DNA of 58,810 bases from a virus (lineage: Duplodnaviria > Caudoviricetes), in IMG/VR virus record IMGVR_UViG_3300021197_000369, positions 1 to 58,810 of that record, one strand, 5' to 3'. This document shows, one piece after another, positions 33,955 through 41,634 of this stretch. A program made the translations under genes and the position numbers. The notes under the pieces are model-generated. The model was not told the origin of the DNA. It saw nothing but the letters and a program-made list of their open reading frames with translations, and ran no database searches. How positions within the stretch are numbered: the first letter of the stretch is position 1; every line of letters starts with the position of its first letter.

Positions 33955-34028
33955 TCTACTAAATCAGGTGTTAATTGTAAAGCACCAAGGTTCGAGGTTC
34001 AAGGTTCAAGATAGAAGGGGTTCTAACT

Positions 34029-34163
34029 ATGAAACACAAACCAATTACTATCGGTCTAGCGAAACCGAAGCTACGTCATCGGGTGTTGCACATTACGATC
34101 AACAACCGTGGGTGGCTGAAGCAGGCTATGTCAAAACCAATGACCGTGAAGGGATCAAAGTAA
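34029..34163 (+). CDS. Small basic peptide (44 aa)
   Basis: AGAAGGGG RBS; MKHKPITIGLAKPKLRHRVLHITINNRGWLKQAMSKPMTVKGSK; TAATG coupling to the next gene. Confidence 0.65.
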   Translation: MKHKPITIGLAKPKLRHRVLHITINNRGWLKQAMSKPMTVKGSK

Positions 34164-34570
34164 TGCAAGCATATTTCATAAATCCATTTAGCCAGAAAGT
34201 CACGACTGTTGACTATGACGGCAACTACGAAAGCATCGGTCGCATGGTCGATGCCAGCCGTGGTTATTTCGATGTCGTGCGTCTGTATCAAAACCAAGAT
34301 GCGGCCTTTGTCGATGACGAAGGTTTGTATGTTGAGAACCAGCGTTTTTGGATTCACCGCAATTATCCCCAGCCGCTAGCTGGCAAGGCATTGGTGTTGG
34401 GTTGCAATGATGAGGGTGATTCCATTGAGCCGAAGACCAGCTTTGAAGAGTTGGTCGGGGACATCCGGTTCATTGGTGATCGGTTTGAGTTGCAGTTATT
34501 GCACACGTTCATTGGCAAGATTGACGACTACCGCCCACACTTTTTTGCAGGCATGAAGGAGACAGCGTAA
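34163..34570 (+). CDS. DUF3846-like protein
   Basis: MQAYFINP...FVDDEGL...PLAGKALVLG..DEG; the real gene inside the 626-aa computed ORF. Confidence 0.7.
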   Translation: MQAYFINPFSQKVTTVDYDGNYESIGRMVDASRGYFDVVRLYQNQDAAFVDDEGLYVENQRFWIHRNYPQPLAGKALVLGCNDEGDSIEPKTSFEELVGDIRFIGDRFELQLLHTFIGKIDDYRPHFFAGMKETA

Positions 34571-35040
34571 TGGGACTGGATATGTATTTGCGCGGTGACA
34601 AGTTTAAGCGCACCGAATTAAAGCGTGATGAGTCGGGTGAACTGGAGCGCACTAAGGACGGGGATATCATCCCCGTCAATGTGCAGATGGTCGATGGCTT
34701 TGAGCGCACGTCAGAAACTTTGCGGCTGGGTTATTGGCGCAAGCATGCGCCGTTGCATAAACTTATTGTCGATACGTTTGCAGACGGTGTCGATGAGTGT
34801 CAGGTCATTCACCTGACTGCCGATGACTGCCGAAAGATAGCACAGATGCTGCGGGGCAGGGACTTTCCTGACTTCCATGAGTGCGATGGGTTTTTCTTTG
34901 GCAAAGGTGATTGGTGGCGTGAATGCGTAGCTGATGCTGACGAAGACGCTGAAGTTTTTGAACGTGCGGCAGATTGGAATGACTTGGACAATCAGACCGA
35001 TGGCTACTGGCATTCGGTTGAATATCAGGCAAGTTGGTAA
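34570..35040 (+). CDS. Conserved phage hypothetical protein
   Basis: MGLDMYL...GYWRKH..LH...GFFFG...YQASW. Confidence 0.8.
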   Translation: MGLDMYLRGDKFKRTELKRDESGELERTKDGDIIPVNVQMVDGFERTSETLRLGYWRKHAPLHKLIVDTFADGVDECQVIHLTADDCRKIAQMLRGRDFPDFHECDGFFFGKGDWWRECVADADEDAEVFERAADWNDLDNQTDGYWHSVEYQASW

Positions 35041-35077
35041 GGTGCGCGATGATAACGAAAGATAGAAAGGATTGGAA

Positions 35078-35392
35078 ATGAGTAAAGCAGCTAAGTATGA
35101 TGAGGTTCAATGGCACATTGGGTACGAGTATTCAAACCCACCAATGCCCCACTTCATAGGCAACAGCGATACGGTAGATGTAGATCGCTGGGATGATGAG
35201 ATGGAAGAACATGAGCCGGATCAAGAAGTTATGGCTATTGTGTTTGATGAGGCACTTACCGAACCCATCAAAAAACTTTTGTACGGCAAAGTCGAACAAA
35301 TGCGCGAAGTGTACATGTGCGATGAAGTCGATGTGTTTGAATACGAGGTTCGGAGAGAACCGCCAGAAGAACACAGGAAGGATTACGAATGA
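35078..35392 (+). CDS. Acidic hypothetical protein
   Basis: AAAGGA RBS; operon coupling. Confidence 0.65.
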   Translation: MSKAAKYDEVQWHIGYEYSNPPMPHFIGNSDTVDVDRWDDEMEEHEPDQEVMAIVFDEALTEPIKKLLYGKVEQMREVYMCDEVDVFEYEVRREPPEEHRKDYE

Positions 35393-35649
35393 TAACGCTT
35401 GAACTGACATTGGTTGACCACATAACTGGTCGTGATGCTGAGTCAATATTTTTGGTTGGTGACAGGTTTACTGTCACCACCCGCAACATGCAATGGGGTG
35501 AGACAGAGCGTGAGGTAACCGTCATCAATGACGGCCTGTGTAGGCATGATGGCTACTTTGTTGCAGAGTCTTACGGATATTTGAAAGACGTGATCCAGAA
35601 CAAACTGGTCACACGCAATGTATATTTGGCGAGGTCAAAGGTGCAATGA
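35389..35649 (+). CDS. Hypothetical protein
   Basis: ATGA overlaps at both ends. Confidence 0.65.
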   Translation: MITLELTLVDHITGRDAESIFLVGDRFTVTTRNMQWGETEREVTVINDGLCRHDGYFVAESYGYLKDVIQNKLVTRNVYLARSKVQ

Positions 35650-35870
35650 GGAATGTCGAAAGGAACGGGCTTGATAAAAAGCTGAACAAAAGAACTGAGT
35701 TGAGCATAAATCGTCACGCTGACGATGAGCGCAAACAGAACAGACTTGCATGGATAAAAAATAGCAAGTCGTTGCCTGAGAATTGTTTTGCCGATGACGT
35801 GCAGGACGATGACCGTAGTGTGTATTATTCAAGAAGTGTGTATGAAGGAAGGAGACACAGTAATGACTGA
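35646..35870 (+). CDS. Hypothetical protein
   Basis: Coupled ORF in the early operon. Confidence 0.6.
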   Translation: MRNVERNGLDKKLNKRTELSINRHADDERKQNRLAWIKNSKSLPENCFADDVQDDDRSVYYSRSVYEGRRHSND

Positions 35871-36144
35871 TGAGATGACAATAGAAGAGCGTCAAGAATA
35901 TTGGGCAAAGCAGCGTGAGCAGGAAGCAATGGTGCGTGAAGCCCTGCTGTTTCAAATCCGCGACAAATATCCATCGATGCTGGAAAGCGTGGAGTCACTG
36001 GTCAAGGTTGCCAACAGTATCGGCGAAGATCTTCAGTGGCACGGCATTGAGGCTGTTACCTGCGCCGATATGCACAAGCTGATCGACTCAGCCTATTCGG
36101 TCACTAGACTCTATCATTTGGATAAGGACGAGTCGGATGAGTAA
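35863..36144 (+). CDS. Hypothetical protein
   Basis: AAGGAG RBS before ATG 35863. Confidence 0.65.
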   Translation: MTDEMTIEERQEYWAKQREQEAMVREALLFQIRDKYPSMLESVESLVKVANSIGEDLQWHGIEAVTCADMHKLIDSAYSVTRLYHLDKDESDE

Positions 36145-36325
36145 GTATCTTTTGATTATGGTCACGATGACCAGCTTCAATGGTGGTACGGTCAATGTGG
36201 TTAGTACCCACGACACAATAAGTGAGTGCCATGTGGCACTCACTCAACACGGGTTCACAGACTCACAGATACACAACACCTTCTGCTTGACTACCGAAGA
36301 AGGTGTGGATTGGAGATTGGAATGA
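36137..36325 (+). CDS. Small hypothetical protein
   Basis: Hydrophobic N-term, two Cys; coupled. Confidence 0.6.
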   Translation: MSKYLLIMVTMTSFNGGTVNVVSTHDTISECHVALTQHGFTDSQIHNTFCLTTEEGVDWRLE

Positions 36326-36495
36326 CAGATCGTGGTAACTATCGGGTAAAGGTTCGGGTGTTAGTGGATCGTGAAGTAAACGTGATGGCATCCAGTCTTG
36401 ATGAGGCTGAAGAGAAGGCTATGAAAGAGGTCGTCAGTCTAACAGGTGGCAGGGAACCCGAAGTGGTTTGGCTACATCAGGAGACATCTTCATGA
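36322..36495 (+). CDS. Small hypothetical protein
   Basis: GGAG RBS; YRVKV...VMASSLDEAEEKA pattern. Confidence 0.65.
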   Translation: MTDRGNYRVKVRVLVDREVNVMASSLDEAEEKAMKEVVSLTGGREPEVVWLHQETSS

Positions 36496-36689
36496 GTGTT
36501 CCTAGTTGGGAAGCACTGATTGCGAACTTACGTATATTAGAGATAGATCGTAAGTATGATACGCTGGGACGTATTAAGAGGCCGAAGCGGTTGCGTAGCG
36601 ATGTTAATTTTAAGAAGGAGTTGGGTTATGGGAAGAGTGAAAGCAATGATGATGGAACAGGAAGAAAAGTTCCAATACGAGGCGGTTAA
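36492..36689 (+). CDS. Hypothetical protein
   Basis: AGGAG RBS, ATGA overlap. Confidence 0.55.
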   Translation: MSVPSWEALIANLRILEIDRKYDTLGRIKRPKRLRSDVNFKKELGYGKSESNDDGTGRKVPIRGG

Positions 36690-36840
36690 TATTATAGGTG
36701 AGTGCGAGACGTGGCATGAGTTCACGAGTCGCATGGAGAGTCATATGCATTTGGTTGAGATGCATTCGTTGAGCGAGACAATGGATCTTATGTCGGAGAT
36801 GTGGGCTGAGTATTGGAGCGAGTATAAAGATGCTGATTAA
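36628..36840 (+). CDS. Acidic hypothetical protein
   Basis: AAGGAG RBS; MGRVKAMMME N-term. Confidence 0.65.
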   Translation: MGRVKAMMMEQEEKFQYEAVNIIGECETWHEFTSRMESHMHLVEMHSLSETMDLMSEMWAEYWSEYKDAD

Positions 36841-37060
36841 AATTGGTGATAAGATCGAAACAGATCAAAGTATTGGTAAAATTGTTGGCATAGAAAAGGT
36901 CAGACCCAATGAAAAATATGGGCACGATTGTTTAGAGGCCAACATAGGTTCAAGGGACGATGACCGCAGGTTCAGCTATGTAATTGATATGGACAATGGT
37001 CACTGGTGTTATGCTCACCAAATTGCAAGAAAGGTAGATGATGAAGAAATCAAACACTGA
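36830..37060 (+). CDS. Small SH3-like hypothetical protein
   Basis: IKIGDKI...GKIVGI...DNGHWCY..QI. Confidence 0.6.
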   Translation: MLIKIGDKIETDQSIGKIVGIEKVRPNEKYGHDCLEANIGSRDDDRRFSYVIDMDNGHWCYAHQIARKVDDEEIKH

Positions 37061-37277
37061 AAAAGCGGCGGTTATAATCAATGATGCGATGGAAGCTTTT
37101 GCAGAAAAGCGTCTGGATCCAGATATGATTTCGTTCCTGTTGATGTGTACGGCCTTGACAATGGCGTTGCGGAACAATTCGCATTCGCCATGTGCAGTGA
37201 CCCAGATGATAGCATCCGCGATGGAAGCGTCGGTAGCATCTGTAATGGATGATGATGATGAGGAGACAAAGCATTGA
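37038..37277 (+). CDS. Hypothetical protein
   Basis: Coupled ORF, helical. Confidence 0.6.
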   Translation: MMKKSNTEKAAVIINDAMEAFAEKRLDPDMISFLLMCTALTMALRNNSHSPCAVTQMIASAMEASVASVMDDDDEETKH

Positions 37278-37651
37278 TAGTCAAGGGTGATGGAAGCTGG
37301 CAAAAACTCATAGACTACGACATATGTCCAAGGTGCAAGGGCGCACTAAATCAGATTGCAAAACCATTTGCAAAGCGCGAGTGCATAACATGCGGCATGA
37401 CCATAATTGACAATAACGCAGAATCCTATAAAATAAAAGACAAACAAAATCAGGAGTCTGATATGCATGAGACCAAACTGAAAGCAGATGAAAAACAAAT
37501 AGCGCAAGATGCGAAGGCTCTGATGCCTTGGCCTGATGCTGTTTCGGTAATCGAAAACGTAATAAACGAGTATTTGTATGATCCTGAACCAGTACATCAT
37601 ACACACGAGTCAGAGGTGCTAGAAGCATGGAACAGAATTCTACGGGGCTAG
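37274..37651 (+). CDS. Zn-ribbon protein
   Basis: CPRC...CITC; GAGGAG RBS before a TTG; second in-frame AGGAG+ATG at 37463. Confidence 0.6.
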   Translation: MIVKGDGSWQKLIDYDICPRCKGALNQIAKPFAKRECITCGMTIIDNNAESYKIKDKQNQESDMHETKLKADEKQIAQDAKALMPWPDAVSVIENVINEYLYDPEPVHHTHESEVLEAWNRILRG

Positions 37652-37827
37652 GTCGTATCATTCGGATACTTGACGAGGAGCACACAGAGTTGCAATCTGC
37701 TGGTCTATACCGCGAAGCCGAAAAGGTATACAAGCGGAAACAGATTTACGTTGACATGAAAAATCAAGGAACGACAGATGAGCGACAACGACAACATAGT
37801 CTACCTAAAACAGCCACAGAAAATTGA
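37627..37827 (+). CDS. Hypothetical protein
   Basis: Fills the operon gap, overlapping both neighbours. Confidence 0.45.
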   Translation: MEQNSTGLGRIIRILDEEHTELQSAGLYREAEKVYKRKQIYVDMKNQGTTDERQRQHSLPKTATEN

Positions 37828-38041
37828 AGTTGTACTGGATCCGGTGCCAATTGTATGTGAGTACGCATCGAAGATATACAAAGATGTAGTCATCTTGGGG
37901 GAAGCAGAGGACGGATCAATCAAGATGATGACAACTCAAGAAGATGTCGCTGACATATTATTCTACTTAGAGTCCGCAAAATTTTCCCTACTTGGTAGTG
38001 GAGTAGAGGAACAAAAGGATCCGCCCGAAGAAGGGGCGTAA
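37778..38041 (+). CDS. Hypothetical protein
   Basis: AAGGA RBS; DVVILG...G...LFYLE..K. Confidence 0.65.
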   Translation: MSDNDNIVYLKQPQKIEVVLDPVPIVCEYASKIYKDVVILGEAEDGSIKMMTTQEDVADILFYLESAKFSLLGSGVEEQKDPPEEGA

Positions 38042-38061
38042 TACACTACGAAGGGGCGCAG

Positions 38062-39519
38062 ATGAAATTTAAATACAAAACGACACCGTATAAGCACCAG
38101 CACGAAGCTCTATTAAGAAGCCACGACAAGGTAAACTACGGCTACTTTATGGAGATGGGTTGTGGCAAATCGAAAGTTCTCATCGACAACATTGTCTGGC
38201 TATACGAGCAAGGTAAAATCGACACTGCCGTTATTGTCGCGCCCAAGGGTGTATACAGAAACTGGCAGATATCAGAAATACCTGCTCACATGCCAGAGGA
38301 CGTTGAACACGAGGTTTACGTTTGGACACCGTCTCCGAATAAGACCCAAGCTGAACGCCTCAAAGCTAGCCTTGAAGAGCGTGATAAGCTCCGCATCTTA
38401 CTGGTTAATGTTGAAGGATTTGCAACGGCGAAGGTCGCAAAATTTGTGGATTTCTTCACTCGCCAAGCGTCGTTCTTACTTGCGGTCGATGAGTCAACAA
38501 CTATTAAAAATCCCAAAGCCAAACGGACTAAGGCTCTGGTTAAGTTTGGTGAAAAAGCATCGTATAGGCGTATCCTCACCGGGTCGCCCGTTACTAAATC
38601 GCCGATGGATCTTTACTCGCAATGTGGATTCATGTCCAAAGCCCTGCTTGGATTCGACTCGTACTATGCCTTCCAAGGCAGATTTGCAATTACGAGAACT
38701 CAACGGATGGGCGGTCACAGTTTTCAGCAAATCGTGGGATATAGAAATCTGGACGAGCTTTCTGCCAAGCTGGAAAAGTTTTCGTTCAGGGTTACTAAGG
38801 AAGAAGCACTAGATTTACCCGATAAAATATACACAACAAGGACAGTTATGCTGACCAAAGAACAGCATAATTACTACACTAGCATGCGGAACGCAGCAGT
38901 TATACTTCTTGAGGACGGAGAATTAGTCAGTGCTCCTGCTGTAATGACACAAATGTTAAGACTGCAACAAGTGTTGTGCGGTCACATAATGACGGACGAT
39001 GGTGAGATGATAGAGTTTCCAACCAAACGTATTGACGCATTACTTGAAACAATCGAAGAGATGTCAGGTAAGGCAATCATTTGGTCTAGGTTCAGATACG
39101 ATATTAAGAACATTGAAGCCAAGCTAGCCAAGGTTCACGGTGCAAGTTCCGTGGTCACATACTACGGCGATACGTCGGACGAGGACAGACAAACAGCAGT
39201 TCGCAGATTCCAGTTTGAAGATGCAAGGTTCTTCGTGGCTAACCCTCAGACCGCAGGCTATGGTCTGACGCTGACCGCAGCAACCAACGTGATTTACTAC
39301 GCCAATGACTTCAATTTGGAGACACGGGTGCAGTCAGAAGACAGAGCGCATCGTATCGGTCAGGACAGTGCAGTGACGTATGTGGACTTGATGACCCGCA
39401 GCACTATTGATGAGTACATAGTCAAGTCTTTGCGGAAGAAGATTGACATATCGGCGAAGACTCTGGGGGAAGAAGCTCGGAAGTGGTTGGAGCTATCACC
39501 CCGCCGAAGTGACGATTAG
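38062..39519 (+). CDS. SNF2-family (SF2) helicase
   Basis: EMGCGKS, VDES, LTGSP, GYGLTL, QSEDRAHRIGQ. Confidence 0.92.
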   Translation: MKFKYKTTPYKHQHEALLRSHDKVNYGYFMEMGCGKSKVLIDNIVWLYEQGKIDTAVIVAPKGVYRNWQISEIPAHMPEDVEHEVYVWTPSPNKTQAERLKASLEERDKLRILLVNVEGFATAKVAKFVDFFTRQASFLLAVDESTTIKNPKAKRTKALVKFGEKASYRRILTGSPVTKSPMDLYSQCGFMSKALLGFDSYYAFQGRFAITRTQRMGGHSFQQIVGYRNLDELSAKLEKFSFRVTKEEALDLPDKIYTTRTVMLTKEQHNYYTSMRNAAVILLEDGELVSAPAVMTQMLRLQQVLCGHIMTDDGEMIEFPTKRIDALLETIEEMSGKAIIWSRFRYDIKNIEAKLAKVHGASSVVTYYGDTSDEDRQTAVRRFQFEDARFFVANPQTAGYGLTLTAATNVIYYANDFNLETRVQSEDRAHRIGQDSAVTYVDLMTRSTIDEYIVKSLRKKIDISAKTLGEEARKWLELSPRRSDD

Positions 39520-39844
39520 CTGCACGTTGAGACGCATTAGCGTGTTTGGAGAATTGATGAGGGTAAAAGTGACACTCAAGAGTTTCCCGATCAACATACA
39601 GGAGCTTGACTCCAAGTTGGCGTTGGCGTTGAGTCAGCATGCGGCTGATTACGCTTCCATTTTTCCGCCGACTTGCGGTCTTGACATCAAATTTCAGGAT
39701 TTCGCCTTCCGGCGTGAGGGCTATAAGATCAATCGGACCTTGTTCAATGAAGGGAGCATACACATAGCAGCCACGCCCGATTAGCCAAGCGGCGGCGATG
39801 AGTTCTGATTGCTTACCATATGCGATTCTGTGATCTGGTCTCAT
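39422..39844 (-). CDS. Stand-alone PD-(D/E)XK endonuclease
   Basis: GKQSELIAAAWL..GCYVY...IDLIAL...FDVKT. Confidence 0.7.
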   Translation of the reverse strand: MRPDHRIAYGKQSELIAAAWLIGRGCYVYAPFIEQGPIDLIALTPEGEILKFDVKTASRRKNGSVISRMLTQRQRQLGVKLLYVDRETLECHFYPHQFSKHANASQRAANRHFGGVIAPTTSELLPPESSPICQSSSAKT

Positions 39845-39914
39845 TTTTTACTTGACTATCCTTTTTGTTATCAGATAAGGTTACGCTAACAGATAAAAAT
39901 TCAGGAGACAATAG

Positions 39915-40067
39915 GTGGATACAGATAAATGGAAATCAGTTGCGGTTTCAATTGACATCTACAAAATGCTAAAGGCTATGGCAAAAGCCAGCGACAGAAG
40001 TTTAAGCAAACAAGTCGCACACATTGTTAAGAAAGAATATCAAGCAGGTGATAAATTATCCGCTTGA
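39915..40067 (+). CDS. Ribbon-helix-helix-like regulator (50 aa)
   Basis: AGGAG + GTG: MDTDKWKSVAVSIDIYKMLKAMAKASDRSLSKQVAHIVKKEYQAGDKLSA; TTGACT..TAAGGT upstream. Confidence 0.7.
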   Translation: MDTDKWKSVAVSIDIYKMLKAMAKASDRSLSKQVAHIVKKEYQAGDKLSA

Positions 40068-40091
40068 CACGGTGGTCACAATATATATGAT
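40064..40091 (+). promoter_or_regulatory. Sigma70-like promoter for the replication genes
   Basis: TTGACA-N16-TATGAT. Confidence 0.7.
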
Positions 40092-40138
40092 CCCCGTCCA
40101 CAGCCGAAGGGCTTAAACTTTTACGAAGGAGATGAAAG

Positions 40139-40702
40139 ATGGCTGAATGGTTCCAGCTACTAGATGAGGCAGTCGAAGCCGACAAGTTCGACAACATAGA
40201 TACGAAAGGCGGCTCTCGTCTTTCAAGTCTTATTCGTGAGTCTATCAAGGCTGACGAAGACATTGCTGCCGCAGAGCAGTATTTGAAAGATCTCAAGTAC
40301 AAAAAGCGTAAGATCAACGAAGAAGACATCCCTGCCCTGATGCAAGAGATGGGTGTGGATAGTCTTGAGGTTGATGGTAACAAGATAAAGCTCCGTCAGT
40401 TTGTACACGCCCGTATTACGGATGACAAACGCGATGAAGCCTACGCTTGGTTACGTTCTATTGGCGAAGGGGACATCATCAAAAATGATGTGACAGTGTC
40501 ATTCAATACAGGACAGGACAATGTAGCAGGTTCAGTTGTAGAGGACTTGCGGACACAGGGTCTGGATCCGGTACAGAAGACTCACGTCCATCCACAGACG
40601 TTAAAGGCGTGGGTAAAGAACCGGGTAGAGTCGGGACAAGATATCGACTTTGAAACATTCGGTGTGTTTGTAGGAACTGAAGCGAAGATAAGTAGGAGCT
40701 AG
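40139..40702 (+). CDS. Conserved replication-module protein
   Basis: IPALMQEMG...AYAWLR..G.GDIIKN...VHPQTLKAWV; AAGGAG RBS. Confidence 0.75.
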   Translation: MAEWFQLLDEAVEADKFDNIDTKGGSRLSSLIRESIKADEDIAAAEQYLKDLKYKKRKINEEDIPALMQEMGVDSLEVDGNKIKLRQFVHARITDDKRDEAYAWLRSIGEGDIIKNDVTVSFNTGQDNVAGSVVEDLRTQGLDPVQKTHVHPQTLKAWVKNRVESGQDIDFETFGVFVGTEAKISRS

Positions 40703-40709
40703 GAAGAAG

Positions 40710-41510
40710 ATGCCCGATACAGCAGTAGTAGAAAAAAAGTCCACGGCAGTGGCAAATGTAATGGATGACTTGTACGCGAGTGCAGGTGAAGGTCTTGAGA
40801 ATGTAGGTGCAGAAGATATGCAGATCCCGTTTCTGCGGATTCTGCAACCGTTGTCTCCGCAGTTGAATAAGCAGGACTCTAAGCACATTAAAGGTGCTTC
40901 AGGTGGTGACTTGTTCAATACGGTGACGGGTCAGTTATGGGATTCTGAAGAGGGGGTCAGTGTGATTCCTTGCGCGTACCAAATGAAGTATCTGGAGTTC
41001 CAGCTACGCGAAAATGGTGGCGGCTTTATGGGTGAGTTGGATCCGAATAGTCCTGACATCCGTAGTACAGAGCGTAATGGTGCTAACGAGATGCTACCGT
41101 CCGGTAACGAGCTTGTGCGGTCAGCGCAGTTCTTGGTGCTGGCTTTCGGTGACGACGGCATACCGCAGCAAATGATCTGTGATATGAAGAAGACTCAGAT
41201 GAAGATTGCCAAGCAGTGGAATACCAGACGCGCTGGCATGAAGCTGGTGCACCCAGAGAAGGGTTTGTTTACGCCACCAATGTGGGCAACTGTCTGGAAG
41301 CTGACCTCTGTGCAGGAGAGCAACGACAAAGGTTCGTGGTTCAACTATCAAATAGCGCAGGGCGATGTGAAGGAAGTGTCCAGCGATATTTTGGTGCAGG
41401 CGCGTGACTTGTATAACCAGTTTAAGAAGGGTGAGATTAAGACAGCCGCAGGCACGGCTGAAGAGATGAATCATACCGCACCAGATGAAGGAGATGAAAT
41501 ACCGTTTTAA
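40710..41510 (+). CDS. Putative single-stranded DNA-binding protein
   Basis: DMQIPFLRILQ..SPQ...NDKGSWF; acidic tail DEGDEIPF. Confidence 0.65.
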   Translation: MPDTAVVEKKSTAVANVMDDLYASAGEGLENVGAEDMQIPFLRILQPLSPQLNKQDSKHIKGASGGDLFNTVTGQLWDSEEGVSVIPCAYQMKYLEFQLRENGGGFMGELDPNSPDIRSTERNGANEMLPSGNELVRSAQFLVLAFGDDGIPQQMICDMKKTQMKIAKQWNTRRAGMKLVHPEKGLFTPPMWATVWKLTSVQESNDKGSWFNYQIAQGDVKEVSSDILVQARDLYNQFKKGEIKTAAGTAEEMNHTAPDEGDEIPF

Positions 41511-41632
41511 TCGCGGGTGGTTTTGGGCGTAGCCGGGGGCTGCGTACAAGGTTGATTGGTCCCGCGACAGGTCACACTCTGACCTGAGTTTGCTAATCAA
41601 CCACCCCCGCTCTAAACCAACATGGAGCGATC
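41511..41632 (+). promoter_or_regulatory. Structured intergenic leader before the primase-like gene
   Basis: Several competing stems, including one over the SD (see findings). Confidence 0.45.
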
Positions 41633-41634
41633 CA

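Noticed and set aside
32690-34570. 626-aa plus-strand ORF
   Set aside because: The first ~490 codons are antisense to the nuclease and terS and cross terminators and repeats, with no RBS and an implausible composition. Only 34163-34570 looks like a real gene.
40102-40113. AGCC-GAAG-GGCT mini-hairpin in the replication operon leader
   Set aside because: A 4-bp stem is too short to support without comparative data.
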